Positions 8,915-17,160 of a stretch of DNA of 25,709 bases are shown one piece after another. How positions within the stretch are numbered: position 1 is the first letter of the stretch; every line of letters starts with the position of its first letter. This DNA comes from a virus. Its lineage: Duplodnaviria > Heunggongvirae > Uroviricota > Caudoviricetes. The translations under genes were made by a program, and so were the position numbers. The stretch is from IMG/VR virus record IMGVR_UViG_2547132488_000024, positions 1-25,709 of that record. One strand, written 5' to 3'. The notes under the pieces were generated by a model. That model made no database searches. It worked only from the letters and a program-made list of their open reading frames with translations, and had not been told where the DNA came from.

Positions 8915-9715
8915 TTAACCGCGCTTCGCCTTCTGCGTCGCGGTGGTTTTTCGTGTTGCAGGCTTCCGCGTTGTCTTTTTACTTTTGCTGCTTTCGTCCT
9001 GCGCCTGTGGTGTGCTGGCGTCTTCTGGTGCGGCTGCGGAATCGGCTTTTTTCAGGGCGCGGGAAAGGGTTGCAATCTCGCGTTTCACACCTGCGTTCGG
9101 GTTCAGGTGCATTGCTTCGCGCAGCAGCTTCAGTGACAGGGCCATGCTGTCCGCATCACTCAGGCCACGGCGGGCAAAGGCGCAGGCCTTGCATAATTTG
9201 GCGCGCACTTCGTCCGGCATGTCCTGGTTGGTGACAATCTCCCGGAGGGTGTCCAGTGGTTCGATAAAGGCGGACAAATCCGCGTCGGCATCCGTCCCGG
9301 CCTGCGTCAGTACCGGGTTGCAGATTTCTTCGGTCAGTATCGTGGCAGCAGTACGTCCAAAGTTATCCGGCATGATGAGGTTGTGACGGACCACATATGC
9401 ACCAATACGCAGCGCCAGCGGAAGATCGCCGCAGTCAATCGCCCACACCATCAGCGTGGCAATCACTTCATCCTGCTGCCCGCCGTCAGCCTCCAGTGTT
9501 CCCTCAATCCAGCCGGAAAAGTCCGGCAACAACTCTTTTTTGATGGCGGCTTTGGCGCTTCTGGCCTGTACGCCCTTAAGCCGGGCCTGTGCCAGACGCA
9601 GACGATACAGCACCTCTTCATGCGCGGTACGCGCGGCGTGGTCCACGCCTTCATTCGCCCGGCCTGCGCGCTGTGCCATCACGTTCTGCCAGTGTTGCTG
9701 TGCAGGAGTAATCAT
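8915..9715 (-). CDS. M: Terminase endonuclease (small) subunit M, 266 aa
   Basis: Synteny and size; basic C-terminal tail. Confidence 0.85.
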   Translation of the reverse strand: MITPAQQHWQNVMAQRAGRANEGVDHAARTAHEEVLYRLRLAQARLKGVQARSAKAAIKKELLPDFSGWIEGTLEADGGQQDEVIATLMVWAIDCGDLPLALRIGAYVVRHNLIMPDNFGRTAATILTEEICNPVLTQAGTDADADLSAFIEPLDTLREIVTNQDMPDEVRAKLCKACAFARRGLSDADSMALSLKLLREAMHLNPNAGVKREIATLSRALKKADSAAAPEDASTPQAQDESSKSKKTTRKPATRKTTATQKAKRG

Positions 9716-9760
9716 TTGTTCTCTCCGTTACAGGCGGGCATGATGCCCGCCGTGAGTTGA

Positions 9761-10813
9761 TTAGCTGTCGGCGAACTTCAGGCCAGTGACCATCGCGCAC
9801 TTGCCATAGTCTTCAACGACATAAGCGTCATTGATGGACTGGTAGGTGGCGATGCGGTTGTATTCCGGTTCGTCTTTCATCAGACGACGCATTGAACCTT
9901 TCTGCCAGTAAATTGACAGGTTGTTGAATGAGGTGATCAGCATCGTTGAATCCGGGAAGAACGGCGCAAGGAACACGCCCAGCCCGCCAATGGTGCGCGA
10001 TGACAGAATGAGCTGCCCGGCGAGTAATTCCGCATTAGGATTCTGGCCGCTGATGCTGTTCAGCACGGGCAGACGCAGCGAGTTAAACAGGTTGCGCCCC
10101 ATAATCACCACGAGGTCGTCAGCTTCCTTGTGCCATTCATCCAGCAGGGATGAGCGCGCGTCCTGTACCAGTGCATCAGGGTTCGCATACTTACCCGCGT
10201 GTGCCACGGTGTTGTCCATGTTGCGGGAGGTCAGCGTCACGTCATTCATTACGCGCTCGCTGGCATTGGTTCTGATGTGCTCCAGCCATCCCACGTTAAC
10301 GTCCTGAAGCAGTTTGTTAGTGCCGAAATTGGATTTTTCCGCGTGTGATGTACCGTTGAAACCGATCATGATGCGGTCAAGTGCCACCTGTCGGGCAACC
10401 TGTGTACTGATGCGCGACTGAAAATCACTGTGCGCTGCCCATGCGTCAAGCCTCGGATATGAGATAAACGTGTCGTAGTTCACTTGTTCGCACTGGTACT
10501 GACGCGCTTTCATATCGACGACGTTAATCGGGTTACGGCGATCTGTACCATCATAACTGGTATTCGTGCGTGCAATCGGCCCTGTGGTGTCCAGGAGAAC
10601 TTTTTCGCCTTTCTGGTCAGTTACACCGATCACGTTAATTCTTTTCGTAAGTTCGGTACTTTCCTTTGAGGCGTTTTCAAAACGCTGTTGTATCGCCGGG
10701 TTGACGGTAAATCGCGATACCAGCGCAGAAACCGGGATATTGTTAAGCGACGCCTGCTGCGTCATGTAGCGGCCCAGCTTGTTACGGGCATTATCTGACA
10801 TCACCAGATTCAT
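9761..10813 (-). CDS. N: Major capsid protein N, 350 aa
   Basis: Synteny and size. Confidence 0.9.
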   Translation of the reverse strand: MNLVMSDNARNKLGRYMTQQASLNNIPVSALVSRFTVNPAIQQRFENASKESTELTKRINVIGVTDQKGEKVLLDTTGPIARTNTSYDGTDRRNPINVVDMKARQYQCEQVNYDTFISYPRLDAWAAHSDFQSRISTQVARQVALDRIMIGFNGTSHAEKSNFGTNKLLQDVNVGWLEHIRTNASERVMNDVTLTSRNMDNTVAHAGKYANPDALVQDARSSLLDEWHKEADDLVVIMGRNLFNSLRLPVLNSISGQNPNAELLAGQLILSSRTIGGLGVFLAPFFPDSTMLITSFNNLSIYWQKGSMRRLMKDEPEYNRIATYQSINDAYVVEDYGKCAMVTGLKFADS

Positions 10814-10835
10814 AAAAATTTGCTCCTTTGTCTTA

Positions 10836-11705
10836 TCAGAAGTCAGCCAGCTGGTCGGAGGCTGCGCCCGTTGCGGTGAACCGGTTCTGCGGATCGCCGT
10901 CCTGCGTGCGCAGTTTTTCCTTCAGTGCTGCCAGCTCTGTGGTCAGTGACGTAATTTTCTGGCGGTCCTGCTGATGGCGGGTTTCCAGCACATTAAAACG
11001 GTCGATAATGTCGGCCTGTGACGTTGCGACGCCTTCCACCGCTTCCTGAATACGGGAAAAACTGGCGTCATCCGCTTTGCGGCCACGGCCAATAATCCCC
11101 ATTACGCGGTTAAACCACTGGGTGCCTTCTTCCTGGCGTTGTTCTGCCATTTCGATGATTTCAGACTAGATGGCTTCGGAGATAAGCGGCGCTTCACCCT
11201 GGATACTGTTGAACGTCATCACCGCCTGACGTTGCTGTGCCGTGAATTTCAGGCGCTCAGTGCCCAGGCTTGCCGGGGTGTCGGTCATCGCCAGCCCGAC
11301 CAGATAGGCGCGCCCGTTAACGGAGAACTGCGGGTGCAGTTCGATACTGGAATAGATTTTCTTGCCGTCCGCGACAAGCTGCTTCATGCGCTCGGTCGGT
11401 TCGATTTCTGCATACAGCGCAGTACGTCCGGCCAGCGGACCTTCCGTAATGTCTTCCGTACTCAGTGCGGTGACATCGCCCATTGCGGAAAATTCGCTTG
11501 ACGGGCATGGCGAGAGATAGTGCTCAACGTTCACGCGGGCAGCGTAAACATCCGGGTTGAAGTTCTCGGCGGCTTCACGCAGATGCACCGGACTGATTTC
11601 ACGGCCATCAACAGTTGATCCGGAGACAGCCACGCGAAACTTTTTGCGGGATGTCTTTTTTTCATTAGCCATAGTTTTTGCCCCTCTGACTGGTTCTTCA
11701 GTCAT
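10836..11705 (-). pseudogene. O: Capsid scaffold/protease gene O interrupted by a single in-frame TAG (minus-strand codon at 11166-11168); 179-aa N-part and 104-aa C-part are in the same frame
   Basis: Both ORFs share frame; junction ...ISEAI-TAG-SEIIEMAEQRQ... is collinear with the middle of P2 gpO (about 284 aa). Confidence 0.8.
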
Positions 11706-11826
11706 GATGGCAAAGCGTAACAGGCTGATACAAAGGGCTTTTGTTGTAAGAAAACGGCCAGAACAGGGGGTTAAGGAGAACAGTTTCGCGCGCGGGTAAT
11801 CTTCCTGTAATTACTCAGGGGGAGCA

Positions 11827-13578
11827 ATGATTCAGGACGCTTTTGTGCGCCAGCGTGCGCGGCAACTTTACTGGCAGGGTTATCCGCCCGCAGAAATATC
11901 ACGTCTGATGGGAATAAACCCGAACACGATTTATGCGTGGAAAAAACGTGACCAGTGGGATGAAACGCCACCCGTGCAGCGTGTCACGCAGTCCATCGAT
12001 GCGCGCCTCATTCAGCTTACTGAAAAACAGAATAAAACAGGCGGTGACTTTAAGGAAATAGACCTGCTGACCCGGCAGCTTAAAAAGCTGCATGATGGCC
12101 AGCCGGATGTGATGGCCGCAGGAAAGAAAGGCCGGGCGAAAAAACTCAAAAATCATTTCACGCCGGAACAGATTTCCGCACTGCGGGAAAAAATCATCAG
12201 CAGGCTGGAGTGGCATCAGCGGGGCTGGTTTGACTCCCTGACACTTTGCAGGGAAGCCGGGATACGTAACAGGATGATCCTGAAATCCCGACAGATTGGG
12301 GCGACCTGGTATTTTGCACAGGAAGCTCTGCTGATGGCGCTGCGTGACGATGTGGCGCAACCTTACCAGCGTAACCAGATTTTTTTGTCTGCGTCGCGTC
12401 GTCAGGCGTTCCAGTTTAAAAGCATTATTCAGAAGGCCGCGGCTGAAGTTGATGTGGAGCTGAAAGGGGGCGATAAAATCATCCTCTCCAACGGCGCAGA
12501 GCTGCATTTTCTCGGCACTTCTGCTGCGTCGGCACAGTCCTATACGGGCAATTTTTATTTTGATGAATTTTTCTGGGTCAGTCGCTTTGCTGAACTGCGC
12601 AAGGTGGCTGGCGCTATGGCAACCCTCAGCGGACTGCGGCGCACCTACTTCTCCACGCCATCCACCGAAACGCACGAGGCATACGCCTACTGGAACGGCG
12701 ACCGCTGGAATGAGAAAAAGGCCACGCATAAACGCCAGCGTTTTTCTGTGGACTGGAAAACGCTGCATAACGGGCTTATCTGCCCTGACCGGACGTGGCG
12801 GCAAATTGTCACGCTGGAAGATGTGGTTAATTACGGCTGGAAACACACCGATATCGACGAAATTCGTGATGAAAACACCGAAGACGAGTTCCTCAATCTC
12901 TATATGTGTGAGTTTGTCCGCGAAGGGGAATCGGCATTTAACCTGAATATCCTGATTGGCTGCGGTGTTGACGGATACGACGACTGGAAAGACTGGAAAC
13001 CTTTTGCTCCCCGCCCGATGGGGAATCGTCCGGTATGGATTGGGTATGACGCAAACGGCAGCAGTGGCAACGGCGACAGCGGCGCTGTGTCCGTGGTGGT
13101 TCCTCCGGCTGTTCCTGGTGGCCGTTTTCGAACGGTGGAGACGCGACGCGTTCAGGGGCTGGAGTTTGAAGAACAGGCCAGAGTCATTGAAGAGTTCACG
13201 TGTCGCTACAACGTGGAACACATCGGCATTGATGTGACGGGCGGGAACGGGGAGGCTGTTTATCAGATAGTGAAACGGTTTTTCCCTGCTGCTATTCCGT
13301 ACACCTTCACGCTGTCATCAAAACGGTCGCTGGTACTGAAAATGCTGCAAATAATGCGTGCCGGGCGGTGGGAATACGATCGCGCCGAACGCGAGCTGGT
13401 CGCGGCCTTTAACGCCGTGCGTAAGGTGAAAACACCGGGCGGCTTTATCACTTACGAAACGGACCGAGCGAGGGGGATCAGCCACGGCGACCTTGCGTGG
13501 GCAACCATGCTTGCTGTCATTAACGAACCGATTGGCGGCGAAGGAGAAAACGAGCGTTTCACGGTTATGGAGTTCTGA
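11827..13578 (+). CDS. P: Terminase ATPase (large) subunit P, 583 aa
   Basis: Synteny, size, divergent from O. Confidence 0.9.
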   Translation: MIQDAFVRQRARQLYWQGYPPAEISRLMGINPNTIYAWKKRDQWDETPPVQRVTQSIDARLIQLTEKQNKTGGDFKEIDLLTRQLKKLHDGQPDVMAAGKKGRAKKLKNHFTPEQISALREKIISRLEWHQRGWFDSLTLCREAGIRNRMILKSRQIGATWYFAQEALLMALRDDVAQPYQRNQIFLSASRRQAFQFKSIIQKAAAEVDVELKGGDKIILSNGAELHFLGTSAASAQSYTGNFYFDEFFWVSRFAELRKVAGAMATLSGLRRTYFSTPSTETHEAYAYWNGDRWNEKKATHKRQRFSVDWKTLHNGLICPDRTWRQIVTLEDVVNYGWKHTDIDEIRDENTEDEFLNLYMCEFVREGESAFNLNILIGCGVDGYDDWKDWKPFAPRPMGNRPVWIGYDANGSSGNGDSGAVSVVVPPAVPGGRFRTVETRRVQGLEFEEQARVIEEFTCRYNVEHIGIDVTGGNGEAVYQIVKRFFPAAIPYTFTLSSKRSLVLKMLQIMRAGRWEYDRAERELVAAFNAVRKVKTPGGFITYETDRARGISHGDLAWATMLAVINEPIGGEGENERFTVMEF

Positions 13579-14624
13579 TGAGCAGAAAAAATAAAAAAGT
13601 GCGCATGAGTTCACGCATTGATCTCGCTGATGCGCTCAGGAAAGAATCATCGCTCAGTGCATTCACATTTGATGGTCCTTATCGCCTGACCGGGCATGAC
13701 CTGCTGGACAATATGTACTGTGCTGATAACGGGCGGTGGTATGAAACCCCGGTGGACTGGTACGGTCTGGCAAGAGCTGCCCGGCAAACGTCCTGGCATC
13801 AGTCTGCGCTTTACTTTAAGCGCAATGTATTACTCGGTTGCTACATCCCGCACCCGCTGCTTTCCCGGCAGGATTTCTCGGCGCTGGCGCTGGACTGGTT
13901 TGTGTTCGGTAACGCATTTCTTGAGCTTCGAAGCAATATGCTCGGCGAACCGCTTAAATTACGGCACGCACTGGCGAAATACATGCGACGCGGAAGCGAT
14001 CTTGAATCATGGTGGTATGTGCAGGATGGCAAGGACGCGTTCCAGTTTCGCCCTGGCAAAGTGTGCCACCTGATGAATCCGGATATTAACCAGGAAATTT
14101 ACGGCATGCCGGAATATCTTGGCGCATTACTCTCGGCCAGCCTGTCTCATTCGGCGGACATGTTCAGAAAACTGTACTACGACAATGGATCCCACGCCGG
14201 GTGCATCATCTACATCGGTGCAGCGCAGGTAAACCGCGAAAGCATGGACTCCCTGAAAGAAACGTTACAGGGTGCACGTGGTGGTGGTGCGTTTAAAAAT
14301 GTGCTCATTCATGCGCCCAACGGGGGCAAAGAAGGGGTGCAAATTTTGCCGTTCCAGCAGATCACCGCAAAAGATGAGTTCATGAATGTTAAGGCGGCAT
14401 CCCGTGATGATGTGCTGGCTGCGCACCGCGTTCCGCCGCAACTGATGGGGGCGATGCCGGGCGAAAAAAGTGCGTTTGGTGATGTGGAGAAGGCCGCGCG
14501 GGTTTACGCAATTAACGAGCTGATGCCCGTCATGGAGGCCATGAAGCACATCAATGACTGGCTTGGCGAAGATGTGATCCGCTTTAACCCTTACGCACTG
14601 TTAGACACCCAGCCCACATCCTGA
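13578..14624 (+). CDS. Q: Portal protein Q, 348 aa; start overlaps P stop (TGATG)
   Basis: Synteny and size. Confidence 0.9.
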   Translation: MSRKNKKVRMSSRIDLADALRKESSLSAFTFDGPYRLTGHDLLDNMYCADNGRWYETPVDWYGLARAARQTSWHQSALYFKRNVLLGCYIPHPLLSRQDFSALALDWFVFGNAFLELRSNMLGEPLKLRHALAKYMRRGSDLESWWYVQDGKDAFQFRPGKVCHLMNPDINQEIYGMPEYLGALLSASLSHSADMFRKLYYDNGSHAGCIIYIGAAQVNRESMDSLKETLQGARGGGAFKNVLIHAPNGGKEGVQILPFQQITAKDEFMNVKAASRDDVLAAHRVPPQLMGAMPGEKSAFGDVEKAARVYAINELMPVMEAMKHINDWLGEDVIRFNPYALLDTQPTS

Positions 14625-14650
14625 CGCGCTTCGCTTGTCTGCTGCTTCGC

Positions 14651-14673
14651 CGGGGCATAAAAAATTTATGCCC
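14651..14673. terminator. Perfect 10-bp stem hairpin GGGGCATAAA-AAA-TTTATGCCCC just downstream of Q; terminator or cos-proximal structure
   Basis: Perfect inverted repeat; no strong T-run. Confidence 0.4.
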
Positions 14674-14960
14674 CGACTCTCCAGCTCCTGTATCAGTCAG
14701 ATAATTTCACGACGCTTTCCTGCTGATTGCCATCATCGACAGTCAGACTCTTACGCAATCCCACCGCGTTGACTGCATGTTCTCGCCGTCTCAGTGCGAT
14801 TTTGACGGCCTTACCTTTCACCCCATTAAATCAAAAGCCCTCACGTCTTTTTCATGCTCAGCGTGAGAAATACGGCCATTCTGTCGTGTCTCTGCGACAT
14901 CGTTCAGGGAATGCTATTTACCCCCTGAAACGCGGGCTGTTCCCCCGTCACCTGCGCGCA

Positions 14961-15078
14961 GAAAAAACGCGTTTTTTTGTGCACGTACGGATCCTTGACG
15001 GATCCAGCCACCACGCGGGCCGGAAGTACAAAAAGTCGTTCAAAAAAATTGTGCAAACTTGTGCACTATCGTGCAAAC
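14961..15078. promoter_or_regulatory. Cluster of phased repeats: 16-bp palindrome AAAAAACGCGTTTTTT (14962-14977), direct repeats ACGGATCC (14987, 14998; 11-bp phase), GTGCAAAC (15051, 15071; 20-bp phase); candidate packaging/cos or operator region
   Basis: Exact repeats read directly; lies between portal gene and accessory genes where P2 has cos. Confidence 0.35.
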
Positions 15079-15102
15079 AAAAAAAGCGCCTTATCGGCGC
15101 TT
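15078..15102 (-). terminator. Intrinsic terminator for the minus-strand 89-aa gene (stem AAGCGCC/GGCGCTT, then T7 on minus strand)
   Basis: Hairpin plus A-run on plus strand directly after the stop at 15111. Confidence 0.6.
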
Positions 15103-15110
15103 CAAAAGTA

Positions 15111-15380
15111 TCAATTGTTGCTGTGTATTAATCGCCAACCACGAACATATGCTTCATAGGCATCTCTGTGCCTTACAGTTCCAGCCTGGCTAAACGGAAT
15201 GTTAGCTAAAACTAAATCATTCTGAGCCATAGCGCGTCCTTCAAGCGCATCTTTTATGCCTAGCTCAAAAGCACAGGCAGCGCATTTGTGCCGACCTTCT
15301 TGTCCTTGATATTCAGGGAGAGACAGAAATGTTGGATTATAACGATGAGGGTTCTTGCAAATACCTGTTTTAGCCCGCAC
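15111..15380 (-). CDS. Hypothetical protein, 89 aa (GTG start; possible internal ATG starts), Cys/His-containing, AT-rich codons; orphan accessory gene
   Basis: ORF with its own downstream terminator; no family recognised. Confidence 0.4.
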   Translation of the reverse strand: MRAKTGICKNPHRYNPTFLSLPEYQGQEGRHKCAACAFELGIKDALEGRAMAQNDLVLANIPFSQAGTVRHRDAYEAYVRGWRLIHSNN

Positions 15381-15403
15381 TTTATTTACCTCATAGGAAA
15401 AAT

Positions 15404-15490
15404 ATGCGTGCCTTTACAGAGGTGCGTGTAAGCAATAAAATATACGACGCACATTTTGATTTACTTCGGAAGGCACGCATATCAGGTTAA
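15404..15490 (+). CDS. Candidate small ORF (28 aa, MRAFTEVRVSNKIYDAHFDLLRKARISG) with RBS AGGA; start and end embedded in a 13-bp perfect inverted repeat; may instead be a structured sRNA
   Basis: RBS spacing 5 nt, followed by strong terminator; IR 15402-15414 / 15470-15482. Confidence 0.25.
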   Translation: MRAFTEVRVSNKIYDAHFDLLRKARISG

Positions 15491-15510
15491 GTGAGTCCGA
15501 CCGAGTTTTA

Positions 15511-15544
15511 CGCCCCAATAGTTGCTGCTATTGGGGCGTTTTGC
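15511..15544 (+). terminator. Rho-independent terminator (11-bp perfect stem CGCCCCAATAG/CTATTGGGGCG, loop TTGCTG, then TTTT)
   Basis: Perfect stem followed by T-run on plus strand. Confidence 0.7.
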
Positions 15545-15744
15545 ATGGACAATGCCGCGCAATTATCTTGTCGCTCACAATGCGAACGATCTTACAAAAA
15601 GGCACATTACTGTCAAGATAATTGATCGTTTTAATCGATAGATAATAGACAATCTATTTGTTTAACAGATCGATTATTGAAGTAAGTGTGCCAGATGGAA
15701 TGATACTGTCTCTATAAACGTGAGCATTTTTCGCGCAGATGCTT

Positions 15745-16056
15745 TTACTCAGGAAATAACGCCCGGATATTCCCAGCCATCTGGCTGGTTATCTTAGCCA
15801 CTGGTGCAGACTGTGCTTCAAACTTTTTTGAGCTGATTTGTGTCACAGGTAATATCTCATCATCAGCCCATGCGGCCAGTCGGTAAGCCTCTGCCGGATT
15901 CGTCTTCAGAAGTGCCAGCCCGGCCAGAAAAGCCACGCGTTGGCCGCTTTTGCGGGCTTCTGGTGTAAGGCTGTCCAGCCAGGCGCATGCTTCTCCTTCG
16001 TTCTTGACGGCAGCTGGCTTCAGATAGAAACTTATTCTTCTGGTTGGTGTCGTCAT
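15745..16056 (-). CDS. parR: ParR-like centromere-binding adaptor, 103 aa (RHH-type N-terminus similar to R1 ParR)
   Basis: Immediately downstream of parM with RBS AAGGAG; ISFYLKP...LDSL...AFLAGLALL resembles R1 ParR from memory. Confidence 0.6.
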   Translation of the reverse strand: MTTPTRRISFYLKPAAVKNEGEACAWLDSLTPEARKSGQRVAFLAGLALLKTNPAEAYRLAAWADDEILPVTQISSKKFEAQSAPVAKITSQMAGNIRALFPE

Positions 16057-16060
16057 TGGT

Positions 16061-17020
16061 TTACTCCTTGTTCATTGCGTACAGCCCATTAACCAGAGCA
16101 AATTGTGGCACCCCGTCCGCGATGAAAGTCGCATTAACTCCGCAGGCTTCGCGGATAGCGGGTGCCACAATCTCCGCCCCGCCACCGACAACCATCACCC
16201 GCCCGTAACCCGAAAAAACCGCCAGAGCGCGGATCACGCGTTGTTTCAGTGTTTCTTCCTTTTCACGAATAATCGCCATCAGGCTGGCGTAATGCGCGTC
16301 ATTGTGGATGTGCTGGCGCAACCAGGCTTCATCATGGCGATGTTCGATAATGGTATTGGCGATGTGGTGACTGGTGCGCATACCGTTAGTGGCCATCACC
16401 GACAGTACGGCATCGGCCATCAGAGAAACGCCTACGTGTGGATCGCAAAACACCTGGCTGATACCTGCCAGTTGCCCCTGAACCTTTGCCACATCCAGCG
16501 TGGTTCCGCCCAAATCCACAATCAGCAGGGATTCAAACGGACTCATGTCAGCCAGTGCCTTAAAGCCAGCCGGAATGGATTCAGGCATAACCCGCACGTT
16601 ACGGATAGTGAATGCTTCGCCGTTCTGGTACTCCACCGGGCGCATAACGTTCGCTTTTTTGCGGTTGATGTTGGCCATGTCCGGCTGTGCGTTTGTGTCG
16701 AAATACTCGCTCAGTGGCAGGGTGACAACCACATCCACCTCCCGTGGCGTGATGCCTGATTTGACCAGCGCGTGATGAATGGCAATGACATTCACATCGC
16801 TGTACTGGTATTGCGTGTCGGTCGTCTGGACAAAGCGATCGCTGACCGGATCAAAACCATAGCGCACGCCATCAAGCATGTAGTTCGCGGGCTGCGTGCC
16901 ACCGAACGGCGCAGACCATTCCGACTTGAAGCTGTTCGGGCTGATGGCGTTGCGGCGTTCGCCGTTCTCAGTCCATGCCAGCTTGATGTTGGTGGAGCCG
17001 TCGTCGATACAAATTCTCAT
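16061..17020 (-). CDS. parM: ParM/StbA-like actin-family partition ATPase, 319 aa
   Basis: IDDGSTNIKLAW, DLGGTTLD and VVGGGAEI phosphate/adenosine motifs; collinear similarity to R1 ParM from memory. Confidence 0.8.
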   Translation of the reverse strand: MRICIDDGSTNIKLAWTENGERRNAISPNSFKSEWSAPFGGTQPANYMLDGVRYGFDPVSDRFVQTTDTQYQYSDVNVIAIHHALVKSGITPREVDVVVTLPLSEYFDTNAQPDMANINRKKANVMRPVEYQNGEAFTIRNVRVMPESIPAGFKALADMSPFESLLIVDLGGTTLDVAKVQGQLAGISQVFCDPHVGVSLMADAVLSVMATNGMRTSHHIANTIIEHRHDEAWLRQHIHNDAHYASLMAIIREKEETLKQRVIRALAVFSGYGRVMVVGGGAEIVAPAIREACGVNATFIADGVPQFALVNGLYAMNKE

Positions 17021-17050
17021 CTCGATTTTCCTTATGTTGATTAATTAATC

Positions 17051-17160
17051 GTTTACGGGATTTTTAAATCCCGTTTTCGCCTGTTTTGTGCGCGCTTCAT
17101 ATATCGCGGCGCGTTTTTTGCTCATTTACGGGATTTGTGAATCCCGTTTCTGTCTGTTTT
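17051..17160. repeat. Two ~40-bp direct repeats 73 bp apart, each with a 20-bp palindrome (ACGGGATTTTTAAATCCCGT at 17055-17074; ACGGGATTTGTGAATCCCGT at 17128-17147); candidate parC-like centromere/operator; second copy lies in the A gene 3' end
   Basis: Exact sequence; first copy sits about 35 bp upstream of parM start over the likely promoter. Confidence 0.55.

Noticed and set aside
11899-13221. 440-aa minus-strand ORF inside terminase gene P
   Set aside because: Antisense shadow ORF with non-protein-like composition; P on the plus strand is supported by synteny and size
14727-15131. 134-aa plus-strand ORF across the cos-proximal region
   Set aside because: Non-canonical start, highly basic low-complexity product, spans palindromes and direct repeats and overlaps a terminator; probably not coding
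15402-15482. Retron msr/msd-like element flanked by inverted repeats
   Set aside because: No reverse transcriptase ORF anywhere in the window; kept only as a structured small ORF/RNA candidate
16103-16759. 218-aa plus-strand ORF antisense to parM
   Set aside because: His/Cys-rich unnatural composition; the opposite strand encodes a protein with clear actin-fold ATPase motifs
17051-17160. CRISPR-like array
   Set aside because: Only two repeat copies, no regular repeat-spacer periodicity and no cas genes
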